The position numbers were made by a program, and so were the translations under genes. A model generated the notes under the pieces. That model was not told where the DNA came from, ran no database searches, and was given only the letters and a program-made list of their open reading frames with translations. From Anthoceros angustus (lineage: Eukaryota; Plantae; Anthocerotophyta), in assembly GCA_010909165.1 (NCBI GenBank), contig MU008186.1:248001-312000 (forward strand): a stretch of 64,000 nt of DNA, in the 5' to 3' direction. Shown one piece after another: positions 24,200 to 37,700 of this stretch (positions are counted from its first letter, which is position 1; each line of letters opens with the position of its first letter).

Positions 24200-25460
24200 T
24201 CAAGCCTGGCTTCATAGGCTGTTAAGCTGCAACTCAGATCCGGCATCTCGGGATTGCAGCAGGCAAAGGGTGATTAGGTGTTTTGCAATTGCGCTGGCTT
24301 GGGGCTGGAAAGACAGGTGGAAGGATGGAAGTTTCGGAACTCTCGGCTTCGGATTGGTGTTAAGTGCGTGGAGACCGATGCTTGCATTTGCTGGCAATGG
24401 CTGGGAAGAGACATGTGGACAACTCCATCTTTGAAGCCCTGGCCATGGACTTTTCAAGAATGAACGTCTCACACAAAATACTGCTGAGCTTCTCAAATCG
24501 CAGCCGGAAGATCCGCTGATTGTTTCAAAGGTTGCTGGTCTAAGCTTGCTCAAGTGGCGGGTCTACAGGCTATGCTCCTTACTGAAGTTCTTCCTTCCTT
24601 TCTTGTGATTTCTGAGAGGTCTCATGCTTCACCTCAAGACTGAAGTACTACAGTTTAAGTAAGCTCTGTCATATGTTGAACACTGAATATGGAAGGAATG
24701 TCTTCAAAGGTCTCACTCTCAGGATTCAAGATTCAAGGTTGAGGGATGTGGTTGCTAACACCTGTCTCTGAACATCGGCTGTTCGGAAGGCTACGTAGCT
24801 GGCTATCAAGCTAGCTGGAGTGATGAAGAAAGACTACTTGTACGTTCTGGGCCATTAATTTGTTTAATGCACTTTGCACAGCGATGAGCAGCAGAGACGT
24901 GGCAGAGATATGCTCCTGGCGAGTCGAGTCCCTGTGCACCTTTCCATTTCTGGGTGAAGTGTCGCCGTAGCCCGGAAGGACTTGGACAGCTACACGGCAT
25001 TCTGCAGTTGTGAGCGGTTGCTTTCATTCCTTCCAGAGGGGATGGCTTTATCCTGCCCCCGGGCAGGAACTGATATTTTAGTACCAGTGCGGTGAAATCG
25101 CAGATGCAGATGCAACTTGCCTCTTCGTGATTGACTACAGCACCTGCGATGGCGTGCGGGTACCACGACCACCTGAGGTGTCGATTGCCTAGTCCAATCC
25201 CTCGTCTTGAGGACTGTCACCAGTTGGAGTCCGTGATATGGAGCTGATGGCAAGATTGTGAATCGTAGTGCTTGCTTGCTGCCTGGGTCCTGGAAGTACG
25301 TGATCACATGAGCTGGACCTAGTCCTGCATTGAAGACAGATAAGGATATGATAGGCTTGGAGTCTTGGACGTTGCCGACGCTAGACCTCCTGCCCTGGGT
25401 CAAGATAAGCATGAAGATAAGGCAGAATGTGGTCAAAGATCTCCCTCACAAGCCACAGGC
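24200..25460 (-). pseudogene. Possible heavily degraded F-box/LRR relic
   Basis: Scattered minus-strand words (LVREIFDHILPYL, QLRSLP, FEDIPSIFSVQHMTEL, DLPAAI) are interrupted by many stops. Evidence is weak. Confidence 0.25.
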
Positions 25461-27333
25461 AAAGTTGAAGCGGGTTGTTGGCAAGGCTCGGGCCCAGAGT
25501 AGAAGTTGTGGGGTCACACAGGCGAGTTGAGTTAGTCGGGCCATGTGGGGGACTTGGGAAGGGAAGGTGGTGTGCTGGGCTTCTCCTCTGGGTTTCCTGC
25601 AAAAATAAAATTCACAGCGCACGGTGGGCCAGCGGAGAAAGATTGAACCAGCTGCTCCAACTCCCCAACTGGGAAAAACTGTATTCTAGGTTGCACATGC
25701 AAGCAGGCAGGGAGGCAAGCAGGCGGGCAGGCAAATTGCAAGTGGTGAGGGTGAAAGGGGGCAGGCATCCCATCCCAGTACTGGTACTGTTCCCTTCCTT
25801 TCCGCTTTCCAGGTGCTGCAACGTGACGTGTGTGGGCTTTGTCTGGAGGTGAAGCACCCTCCCCACCCACACCCACACTCTCTCATGGCCCATGGCTGCA
25901 CCCTTGGACGGAAAGGCAAGCCGAAATTGCATGCCGCACCAGTTGGCACAATCAGATCCGGCGTGTGTCCCGCACTGGCCCACACGTTGAGTGTTGTTTC
26001 TTTCCCGGCAGGGTCAAACCCAACTCCCAAAGTCTTATCTGCTTCACCCCCAGGCAGCACGCATCCTGAGGTAATAACCACCCAGTGCCCGCCTCGCTCT
26101 TTGAGACCTAGCCACTCATTCATTCCTTCGTTTCTTCCCGTTGGAAATAAACATTTGAAATGCAGCCATCGGAAGCAGATAGCGGCAACAGCTGAAGCTA
26201 GCGGCTGTTGCTGCCAGAATTTAGGGAATCTAACCTGTCGTGTGGAATTGAAGGCCCGATTTGTTTTTGCTCCTCCCCCAGCCAGCACTCCGCGCTGCAG
26301 GCACCTGAGTATGTACATACATACATAGCTAGGTCTTGAGGAACTGATGAGAGAGGTGCAAGACAGCTCGGCTCAGGTGAGTAGGGCACAAGTGAGGCGG
26401 CCTGGAAGGAAGGGCCGAGACGGTGGGGAAATAGAGAATCATTGCAGGCTGCTGCGTCCGGACAGTCACATGGAATGGGATCAAAGCTTGTAAGAAACCA
26501 AGAGTACAGTGAAACGTCTTGGGACGAAAAGGAAATAAGGAATATCTAGGACAGGGGCAAACCACGCAAAAAAGTACAGACTCTCAGCTTGCCATCCTGA
26601 CACGCATCAAGGGGGTACGAAACATGATAGGAAACTGAATCCGGGTTTACTTCACACGCACAACAGACAGAACCTGGTTTGTGAGAGAGAAGCAGCAGTG
26701 CAGCAGCATCTTCTCAGGAGCAAAGCAGAGCACGGGACCAGCCGAGAGAGGCCATAAACAAAGGAAACACAAACATGCGTGCACAGATGAAAGTGAGGTG
26801 GCCTTAATTACAGGAAAGAAGGTTTCAAGTCTCCAACTTTCGGTGTGCAGCTGGCTCGCTCTTGTATGTCCTTCCAAGCTTGAATACAGCAGCTGAAAGT
26901 GTACAAGGTCCCACTTCACTCCTCACAGCACACAGAATGCAATCTGTGTCTCCTGCTAAATCCCACTACAAAGATGTGTCACAAGCAGGGGTGGGAGGAG
27001 AGCCACCATAGATACGATACACAGTGAAGGCCATATCACGGCCTCCGACTCCTACAATCTCCAGAAGGCTAGGCTAGGATACGTTACCTTACGCTAGGGT
27101 ATGCTAAGCTGAGCTAAAATCTGCTATGAGGCTCAAACACTCACATCAGAAAAGAAGGGAGGCTATTGTTGGTATGGCATATATATGTTATACTTTCAGA
27201 CCCCGGTTTGCAGCTGGGACCGCTGACAAACAAAGAAAGGCTCTGACTGCATCTGAAGGAGGCAGCCCTAATAAGGTTAGCGAGCCAGGTAGTCATACAG
27301 ATGGTCATGGTACAGGCAAAGGCGCAGGATGGA

Positions 27334-28941
27334 TCAGCTGAGTGTGACCCCAAAATTGGGCTGGAAGGCAGAGGAGACGACCTGATACTCGCCAGACTCG
27401 GTGTTGTTGAAGTAAGGGCAGGAGGGCAAGAGGCTCCAGGATTGCTTGGAGATGTCGTAGACTAGCATGACCCACCGCTCTGCGATCCTGTCTGTGAAGC
27501 AGAGGCGACCTTGATGCGCGACGCATTGCGCGTTGGGAGATAGCTCCCGGCAATGCAGGTTGGCAGGATAGCCGTGCAGGTCGTTGGGAAATTGGGAGGC
27601 CACCACCCATTCCAAGGTGTCCAGCTTGAGGTGCAGGATGAAAGAATGGAACTCGCAATGGCGCCTGACAGCCACGCAGAATAGCTGGCCATCGCAAGCT
27701 ATGAGGCGCTTGAGCAGGAAAAATCCGTCGGGCAAGGTGTCCAACACATCGATCCACACCCGCTGCTGCAAATCGTAAGCTATAATGTCAGCGGCTCCTA
27801 TTACACAGTAGATCATTCCATTGCAGATGGTGGTCCGCCCCAAAAAGCTCCAGCCCTGGCACCGGACAGGAAGAGGAATTACCAGCCAGGAATTGGAGAT
27901 GGAGCTGTAGACGTATATCTCTTTAGACCTGTCAGCCTGTGCGGCCACGATCTGGAAGGACTTGGCCCCGTCCTCCTCATCCTGCGCCACCATGTGAAAG
28001 CAGTCGTCGGACGACAGCTTGGCTGCCACAAGCGGGAGCTCCTTCCAGGATCTGGTGAGCGGATTAAACACCGTCAGGACACAGCCCCCGTCGGGCGCCT
28101 CCTTGGTGCAACACAGGAGGCCGCCGGCGCCGAAAATGGGGAACAGCGTCTGCCTCCTCCGCCGGTTCATGTGGTTCACGTCCGACGGCAGAAAGGAGAA
28201 GAAGGGAAGCCTCCGCCACTTCTGCGCGCCGAACTCATACGCCACAACCTGCCTCTTCCCCTTCTTCTGCAGAAACATGGGGAAGTAGGATTTACACACG
28301 GCGCCGGGCTTATCCACATGGATCTTGCCGAATTCGGGAGACAGAATTAGCGAATTCCAGGCCTTGCACACGGCGCGGGCTTGCAGCAGCTTTGTGAAAG
28401 GCACGTAAGCCAAAATCCCTATCTGTAAGTCATCGGGCAAGTCGCCCCAGGCAGCAGCGCAATTTTCTACTCCCTCCGACTCCTCACACTCCATCTCCGC
28501 CTCCTCCAGGGTCTCCACCTCCTGCTCTTCCTCCTCCTCGGCCGCCATTCCGGCCAAGTGCACTCCATCAAACGTTCCATCGTCGTCCGCAAAGCGGTGC
28601 CGCCGCGCCTCCGCCGCGAATTCTCCAAACCGCCGGGGGAGCACGTTGCTGGCCACCGTGTCCACCTTGGACAGCTTCTCGGAGCGGTCGATCATCTCCC
28701 ACATGGAAGCATCCCCCTCTCCAATGCCGAGCGCAGATCTGCAGCCGTCCGCATCCGAGAAACTCCACCCGGTGCGGTACATCTGCAACGTGTCCCCCAT
28801 GGCGTACCCTCGCTTCCTCCTCCACCTCGGGCAAGACAGCCGGTCCAACATCCAGCCTCCCGAAAATTCCACTCCCGTCCGCTCAGCTCCACTCTTCTCC
28901 ACTACTGCTACAGCTACAGCTACTGCTTCACTTTCCTCCAC
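27334..28941 (-). CDS. F-box protein with kelch/F-box-associated beta-propeller region, intronless
   Basis: 535-aa ORF with F-box WGDLPDDLQIGILAYVPFTKLLQARAVCKAWNSLI, plus GAGGLLCC, VFNPLTRSWKELP and VYSSISNSW. The true start may be a downstream Met. Confidence 0.9.
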   Translation of the reverse strand: MEESEAVAVAVAVVEKSGAERTGVEFSGGWMLDRLSCPRWRRKRGYAMGDTLQMYRTGWSFSDADGCRSALGIGEGDASMWEMIDRSEKLSKVDTVASNVLPRRFGEFAAEARRHRFADDDGTFDGVHLAGMAAEEEEEQEVETLEEAEMECEESEGVENCAAAWGDLPDDLQIGILAYVPFTKLLQARAVCKAWNSLILSPEFGKIHVDKPGAVCKSYFPMFLQKKGKRQVVAYEFGAQKWRRLPFFSFLPSDVNHMNRRRRQTLFPIFGAGGLLCCTKEAPDGGCVLTVFNPLTRSWKELPLVAAKLSSDDCFHMVAQDEEDGAKSFQIVAAQADRSKEIYVYSSISNSWLVIPLPVRCQGWSFLGRTTICNGMIYCVIGAADIIAYDLQQRVWIDVLDTLPDGFFLLKRLIACDGQLFCVAVRRHCEFHSFILHLKLDTLEWVVASQFPNDLHGYPANLHCRELSPNAQCVAHQGRLCFTDRIAERWVMLVYDISKQSWSLLPSCPYFNNTESGEYQVVSSAFQPNFGVTLS

Positions 28942-30568
28942 TACTTTACACAGATCTCGCCAATCTCACAACCCTGAGCTACTCACAACAACACGAAGAG
29001 CACTTATTACTTATTGCTCCTCAAACCTCGTCCTCTCTCCAACAAACATGTACACTGACACGCACACACTCACTCCCTCCTCTTCACACGCATTCATCAA
29101 TTCCTCCCTCACATTCAGGCCACCTCCACAACCTCTCCTTTCCTTGTCTTTGCTTTTTCTTCCCTTTTTTCTTTCTTTCCGTTCCCTTCACCTCCTCTCC
29201 ACTTCGTCACCGCTTCTCCTGCTCTTCCTCCCTTTCCTTTCCTCTCCTTTCCTTTCCTTCCCACCCTGGCCCTCCTCCTCTCCCGTCTCCCTCCCTCTCC
29301 TCACCTCACCTCACCTCAACTCCGCTCGGCTCCGCTCACCTCCTCGATTCTCCACCCTGCCAGACTCCACTTCAAGGCTCCTCCATGCCGGCTGCCAGCC
29401 ACAGCCTCACAAACGCTGTGCCGGCGGTGCGATGGCCAGGGGCCTCCGAGTCCGCTCCTCCGCCAGCTGAGAGACAGAAACAAGACAAGAGAAAACGTCC
29501 GGCAGCGCCAGATCCCGGCTCCTAGCAGCCGCACAGCGAGACTCCGGAAGCAGCAGCAGCACCAATGCGCCGTCCAGGCAGGACCCAGAGCGGGGCCCCG
29601 GGATCCGCCATTGCTGGAATTGCGCTCCGCCTCAATTCCGAGCTGCACAAAAGAAGAAGGCGCGGCAGGAGCCGGAGCAGGCGCAGCAAAGGAGGCGGCT
29701 CGGCAAAGCCAGGGCAAAGGCAAGGGCGCGGCAGAGGCGAAGGCGAAGGCAAGGCCGGCAGAAAGAAAGAAAGGAGTGGCTCGGAAGGAAGAAAGGAATG
29801 CGGGGAAGAGGGGAAGGAAAACCGGGCGCCTGAGGAGGTATTTGAAGGGGATACCGGAGACGTATGAGACGTCTCAACGACTCAAGCGTCTCAAACGTCC
29901 GAGACGTCGAGGCGACGCGAGGCGCGTTGGGATTGATTGACGTCCCGACTGGCGGGGCCCGTTCAGAGTAGAGAGTAAAAACAAAGCAGAGCCGAGCCGG
30001 TGCCGACCCGGTGCCGACCTAGCGGCTCGATCTTGTAGGCAGGATTTTTCCCGCCCTCCCCATTGGCCGCCCCCGCGTTTCATTCGCCCCGATTCTAATC
30101 GCGGGACCCGGGACCAGATATTCCGCGCCCATGACACAGCAGCAGCCGCTCCCGGCCATGGAACCAGGTGTCCCGCACCCGGCCCGGCCCGACCCGGCCT
30201 TTCCCGGGCCCGGCCACCCGTTTCCCGTTCCGTTGCGCACGTGACGGCCCACGCTCCTCCCACTCGGCCCCGAGTCGCGACGGAACATGGGCCGCCACCG
30301 GACCGTACTTACTTCCAACTTAGCCTTTAACCAATTCTAGCTTATCGAGAGCCCCCTGAGACTGACACTGTTACTGTTACAGTTACTGTCACTGTTATTT
30401 TTAGAGCATCTCAGACACAGATTTTGGCACTCCGTTTAGGCGGCGATACCGGTTTCGCCGGCTGGATAGGGTCAGTCTGTACAGTACTGGGTTCTCTCTG
30501 ACTCCCCGGCCGTGGGGGTTTAACAGCGGCCTTGGACCCTTCGCCAGAGCGGGGAGTCGGGTCGACCG

Positions 30569-30650
30569 CACTCTGCACTTTGCACTCTGCACTCTGCACC
30601 CTGCACTCTGCACCCTGCACTCTGCACCCTGCACTGTGGACTCTGCACTC
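30569..30650. repeat. Heptamer minisatellite (GCACTCT/GCACCCT)n, ~12 units
   Basis: Direct reading. Confidence 0.9.
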
Positions 30651-31748
30651 GACACGACTCTCTTTGCGTTTTCCTTGTTGCTGGTTTTTCGTCATCTTCT
30701 CTGGTCTCGCTTGTTTGTTTGCAGGTTGGGTGGTTGTATGCAGCGTGGAGAGACAAAGGGTGTGCGGACACGACCTTATCTCGATGTTGGACCTGCTGCC
30801 GCCAGTTGGCAAACTACTTGCCTTGCCCTGCGCTTTGCTGGGGTTTCGGTTGACTGGTTAGAGTAAAAAAACCAAAAAGGAAATCAAATTCGATAGCTGC
30901 CCAGGCGCGGGTCTCACGCACCTTGCAACAGTGAAAGTAGGTGAATGGAGAGTGGTACGGCGACGCGGGGTCGTGACTGCTCGCTGGATCATCCTGTTGC
31001 CTGCCGACACTCGGCGGCAGTGCATGTGAGCCCATCTGCCTCTGCCGTTGCTTGCTGCTGTACGTGTACGTGGACGAGGCGGAGGAGTTGTCGGGAAACA
31101 CGAAACCTGTTGGTGCGAGGGCGGACGGGTGTGCTGCATCTTAGAACCGGATCCCGAAGGCCCCGCTTGCTTGGATTCCCTTGCTCTATCCACGGAAACA
31201 ACAGCACTGGTTACTGACATAGTTGTTTACCTATCCGACTGTGTAGCAGCTGTTGGAGCAGTAGCCATAACCACCTCTGGAAGACATCTGAATATGTGAT
31301 GGGAAAGGAGGTCTCCCGCCTCAAGGTGTTGTCATGCACAAAAAGCTTCGGTACGAACGTTTCTGCAAATACATACCTTCTGCATAAGCGTTTGTGGCTC
31401 TTCCTTCAATGGATCGTCGGGGCAGAAGAGGATGGTGTAGCATCCGTCGTTTACGTATGAAAACGCTGACAGCAAGAAGGAGAAGAGAACCGACAGCAAG
31501 AAACGAAGAAGTAAGACTACGTGAGGACGTTGCAGCCCTGCAGACGAGGATCGAGGTTGGCACGGATGGTACGACGGAGGAGCAACCTGTTTTTGGCCCG
31601 GCCCGAGAAGCGAGGCTGGTGATCCATCTGCGTGCAGCAAGACACGGGCATTTGTTCACTAGCTAGTGTCTCACTTTGGTGCGGCCAGCATTGCACTGTT
31701 GTTCCCTGCTGTCTTTGTCTCACTTTCTTGAACCAGAGGCAGACAGCG

Positions 31749-34700
31749 TCACCATGCGAGCTGCGGGATCTTCTCAGGGGCTGCTTCCTGGCTGACAACA
31801 GGCACCCCGGCCCTGGTTATGGACAGGGAGGTGCGTCTGGACGGCGCCTTGGAGGAGCTCGATGAGGCAACTAGCGTCGGGGATGCGGACTCGATGTCCG
31901 ATTCCTCAGCGGCTGCAACAGATTGCTGATCGGGAAGTGAGCTGGCGTCGCCGCTGTACTGTCTGGAGTCCCTGGAGTCGGTTGCTCGAGATTGAAACGA
32001 GGTGCTCACTACCAAACGCTTGATGCTTGCTGCGCGCAAGGGAGAGTGGACAAGAGGAAGTGAGCCGGTCTGATCTGGATGGGAAAACAAAGTAAAGCAT
32101 GAGTCCAAGAATGCTGCTCCAAGAATGTTGCTTACTTCCTTTCTTAGATAATATGTGTCCCCGCCTCCACCACCGACGGACAAGGCTCCTTCTCGGCACT
32201 GGCAAGCACTTGACCAAAGCTCCCAAAGGCCAGCTGCATCTCACAGCGCGTTCTTTCAAAAGACGACGAAAATGAAAACCGATGGAACGCTCTCAGATGC
32301 AGGCACGGAACTGCCTCACCTTATGAAACCAAGGCCGATACAAACAAGCCATAGCTTCCAAGAAAGTGGCACAGTGGAGGCAAAGTTGCCCGCGAATTCC
32401 ACAATCAGAGCCTGGATTCCAGAGGACCAGTGAAGGTAAGAGTGAAGCAGCTGCCGATGTTCTCGAGATGAAGGGGAATTTGAAAGAACTTAGTACCTGC
32501 ATCAGGCAAGTAAAGATGATGACGTTCAGGAACACCCGATTGCTCAGAAGGCCATCAAAGATGTTGATTGCGTCCACCTTCCTTGAATTCACCTCGTTGA
32601 AAATCTGTGGAATGGACAAAAGCAGCGCCACTGTGAATAGGTTGGAGCTTTGAGACCATTCCTGGAGCAACTGGTGAGGATACTCACTTGACAAAGCACA
32701 AAGGAATTGAAAATGACGGTAATGAGCTTCTTTTTGCCGGAAGGAAGATCAGAGAATGACGGCCTTGCAATATTATCCTGGAACATTGCAACAAGAAGGA
32801 GCTTGTTAGCACATTCTACAGCAAGCACTTTCCTAAAGATAACGAGTGATGCCGAGGAGTTCTCACGTTTGTAGAGCTCTCTGATTGTAGACTGAGGAGA
32901 GACAATCCATGAAACTGAAGCACCAACAACATTCCCAGCTGATAAGCTGCCTGGAGAGCCACATGCACAATACAGCTCGTCTGTCAAGACAGATTGCGTG
33001 AAATGGCACAGTAAGGGACCGCCCATCTTCATTCCCACGAAAGCTGACAGACTTGTTTGATGACCTAAAGACTGCCATTCTTTCGGTCAAATGAGATTGA
33101 AACTTGTAGCGATGCTGTCTCCTTACTTGGAAGATTATATTCCGCCACATTATATTTGAAATCAGCGGCTCTCTGTTGACCGACAAGCATTTATGAGTCA
33201 GATCCACCTATTTGCTGCTAGCAGGCGTGAAACACAATCAGGTTGCACGAGGAAGCTCAATACCTTTTGTGGGCAGGCTTTCTATCCATGAGGGAATCTG
33301 AAGGAGGCTCTGTAGCCAGGGCAAGTGCACCCAGAGTGTCCATGATCAAGTTCACCCACAACAACTGTATCTCTCACAACGGCATATTAGGACTCAAACA
33401 CTGCACTGAGGGACGGTACCACAACATTTCTCTTTGAAAACTATGTTCACTTCTTACGCACTTGAACTGCCGTAAGGGGAGCTTCTCCGTCGACAATAGC
33501 AGATATGAAGTTCAGAGCAAGTGCAACTGCATTGACAGTGGTTTGAAACTGAATAAACTTCTGGATGTTGACATAAACAGCTCTTCCCCATCTGACCACC
33601 TGAACAATGGAATATAGTTAGTACTCCTTTTAGCCTAGCTGTCAGACTCAGACTTGAAGCCTGCAAAGCTGCCGGCAGTCTGTTGTCTGGTTAAGGTCTC
33701 GTATTCAAGTTTGTATACACTTTCTTCGTTATCTCTACCTTCACAATGGAAGCAAAATTATCATCTAAGATGATGATATCAGAGCTTTCTTTCGCAACCT
33801 CCGTTCCAGCTATACCCATTGCTAGTCCAATGGATGCCTGCAAACATGAACCTGCAGATCAGTATGGTGTCACAAGTCTGTTCTCTCAAACTGTGCAACC
33901 TCAAAGTGCAATCTGTGTGCTTCGTTTGAGCTTAAAGACCTGATTGACTCACACTGTTGGACTAGACAGCTTCAGTTGGCCAGGACAGAACCTCGTGAAG
34001 GGCAGGTGCATCATTTGTGCCATCACCAGTCACAGCGACTACCTCCCCCATCTCCAACAGCCGCTTCACTAGCGTGTGTTTGTCAGTAGGAGAGGAACGT
34101 GCCATCACCTTGCACCAGAGAAAAACCAGGAAAATGGTTAGAGCCAACTCTTGTGCTACTCGAGTTCTGAGGATGCATCTCTTCACCAATGAACCGCTTA
34201 GAAAAATCTACCTGAAGGGATGGCAGACATGCCTGTTGCTGTTGAACCGTCATGGCTCTGAACTCCTTGCCCTCAATAGCTGTTCCACTCTCGGTTAGGA
34301 TCCCACATTCAGCTGCAATAGCCTTGGCTGTGATCATATTGTCGCCAGTTACCATGCGGACCTGAAGAGTTGAGAATTTAGCGTTAGGAGCAGCTTGAAG
34401 CTGGCATGTTTCTGTGCAGTTTTATTCTGAACACTCTGGTCCCAGCGAGCTGCACCACAAGAGCATTCCTTGACAGCAGACATCGCAGTTGCAATATGAT
34501 GCGTTTTCCCCGTACAGTCAAAAACATGTAGGATTGGCACCTTGATTCCTGCCCGTTGACACTGAAAGACAGCTTCAGGCACTCCAGGTCGGCAAGGATC
34601 TTTTATCCCCACAATTGCCAAGCACGTGAGATCATTTTCTGGGATGCCAGCTCTGTCACCACCACGTATCTCCTTCTCCGACAGCTCCTTGCATGCGAAG

Positions 34701-37700
34701 CAGAGAGTCCGGAGTGCTGCATTTGCAAAAGAATCGATCACTGACTTCAGCTCGACTATCTGACAAGCCAACTGCAGCAAATCAGTTGAGGACAATTGGC
34801 CTAAGAGCTGAAAAACACCATGCCATAAGCCGGACTGGAAGAGCTATGGTGGAGTAACCAGGCCAATAGCCAAGTTCCAGAGTGGGTTTATTCGTCTTCC
34901 TTGCCTTCTCTGGTGTCAAGGGGACGAGGGAACCCTCCCCATTGTAGTAATGAGTACAAAGGTCGAGGACAACCTCAGATGCACCTTTCCAATGAACCCA
35001 GTGTCGTCCCTCTTGTGACTGCATACAATGAAAACTGTTCCCAAACTTAGCTCTGATCTGATGTTCTCTGGTTTATGGAATATGAAAACAATACGTTGGG
35101 CCACCACCAAATGTACCTTGAATAAGGTACCCATCCGCTTCTTGGTAGAGTTGAAAGCTTCTACTCGTGTCACTGTGATCTCCTCCCTCACATCCTCGAA
35201 ATTAGCACCCAACTAGAAATAACGAATGGGATGGCAAACAGTCTTAGCTATCCAGAAATTAAGGAAACCACAGAAAGCTCTTCTCGTGTCTACCTGAACA
35301 CCCCAAGACAGGATTGCCTTCTCCGTCGGACTGCCAAACACTTCCACACTTCCTCCCCCCTGATTTGAAATTCAGAGTAATGCTTTGCAGTCTCAACTCA
35401 AAGAGTACCCAAAAAAAAAAAAAAAAGCAAATCGTACGAGTTCAGCGGTACCTTTGGCATGTAAACACTGCCATTGGTATTAACACATATTGCTTCAAAC
35501 AACACCTGTGGCAGACACTAAGATGTCATTACTGTTATTTACTATATAGAAAAGCATAAATTGATATCATATTACAACTAATACTTGTTTGTGCACCTTT
35601 GTTAACGAGGCATTGAGCTCTTCCTTCAAGAAATTGGGAACTTTAAGCATACCGCACAACCATGAATTTACTACAGTCATCTGACACATAGATTCCACAC
35701 ATGAATATAGATATATTTTTAAACTAAAATAAAGTTATTTTATAAAAATTAAAATATTTATTATCGTATTATTAATGATTTACCTTATTCATGGTGAGAG
35801 TTCCAGTCTTATCACTACAAATTGTAGTTGCAGAACCCATAGTTTCACAAGCAGCCAGCTGTCTGACCTAAATATTGTCATAAAGTAATTGACATCAAGT
35901 ATTACATAAACGTTCATAATTTTAGTTTACTTTAAAAATAAAACTTGAGCTTACCAGTGCCCGGTCTTCCATCATTTGCCGCATTGAGTATGCAAGTCTA
36001 AAAATTTATAACAATAAGACTAAAAAGGATCACACACATAAAAATTAAATGTATAACAGAATATTGTATATAAAACACACTAAGGTCTTACGTTAAAGTC
36101 ACTGCCAAAGGAAGGCCTTCAGGAATGGCAACCACAACAATTGTAACCTTTAACCCACGATAACTTGTAAGCATATTTGTTTATAAAGGTATTCCAACTT
36201 AAATGATAATATAATTTCAAAAACAAATCATAATCTCACCGCAATAGCAAAGAAATCGACAATGTGACGACCATCACTACTTGAGAAGTGTTTGTAGTCT
36301 ACTTGAACTAGAAACCTGATAGACAAATAAGTTGTTAATCAAATAGATTTACAAGAGTGAAAAGTATACAAGGGTACAAGGGTACATATTTCAACATGTC
36401 ATGTTAAAAGTCACAACGTTGTTACATAAAACAATTATTTACCGTATCATAAGTACTCCAAACACCACAACTGCAACAAACAATCCAACTTTCCCTATCA
36501 TGGTTGCCAATAAGTTAAGTTGTATTTGCAGAGGGGTTTCCTCGGCATTATCTTCACTCAAAGTTGCCATCACCCTACCCCATTCTGTATTCATACCTAC
36601 GGCTGTCACCTGGCACATTAGATAACACTTTAACATAATATCCTAATAGATTTTTAGAAATTATCTATTGGAAACAACCTAATCATTGATCAATATTATG
36701 AGCAAAGTTACTAACCACGAATGATCCAAAACCATCTAGCACCTTGCAGCCAGATAATAGTGATGGACTACTTGCATCTTTGTGCAACTGCATTCACATC
36801 AACATTACATTGCATATTCATTGTGATTATATCAACAAAATTGAAGTGGATGAAGAAAAATAAAAAAAAGGGCTCTCATGTAATAAAGAGAGATAAGGTG
36901 AAGAAAAAAGATGGCGTACAGGATCACTTTCACCAGTCATACTTGACTCATCGATTGTTAAAGGTTGCGTTGAAACTAGCAGCCCATCTGCAGGTATCTG
37001 TTAAGTGAAAGGAATCTTTGAATAAGTCCGAAAATCGTGAAATATATGGTATTTTACAAGTATATATTTTAGTTTAAATTGTACAAAGCTTGATCTTGAC
37101 CTGATCACCAATATTGAGATGCACAATATCTCCAACCACAATGTCAAATATGCAAACATTTTCACGTTTTCCTGATCTTGAAACCTATAAAAAAATATGC
37201 ATCGTTATCACTTGAAAAACTTCAATATTCAATGTCAATCGATAATTCAACTCCTCTAAGTATTTTCTTTAGTAACATTTTATATAGATAGATATATTGA
37301 TCAATGTTGATATACATATAAGTACATACGGTGAGAAATATCTTCTGTTTTTCGTTGTTCAGCCGTTGAAACTGTAATGACTGTTGATAGTTGCTTATTG
37401 CTGAGATAATAATATTTAATATTGTTTAAAAATCTCTATTTTTTAATAAAATTTTATATTAAAGGAAAACTTACCCAATAATACTTACAGCTTACTAACA
37501 CCACAAGGATAACGGCAAAGCCAATTCCAGCTCCATCATACCAACCTTCGGAAGGATCCTTGTGAATATTCAAAACTTTCCTGAGATGACTTATGATGCT
37601 TACATTTCCATAGTTAACTTATGATGCTTATTTTCCTTACTTTCACTATAGATCCTTATTAGATCCTTATTATTTGTTGCAGATATGAGATTTTCAAGGA

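Noticed and set aside
30398-30440. TTA-GAGCATCTC resembling a PIF/Harbinger MITE terminus
   Set aside because: No matching opposite terminus or TSD was found.
29316-30866. Numerous 70-135 aa ORFs in GC-rich and heptamer-repeat sequence
   Set aside because: Explained by low stop frequency and microsatellite translation (e.g. CRVQSAE repeats); no domain evidence.
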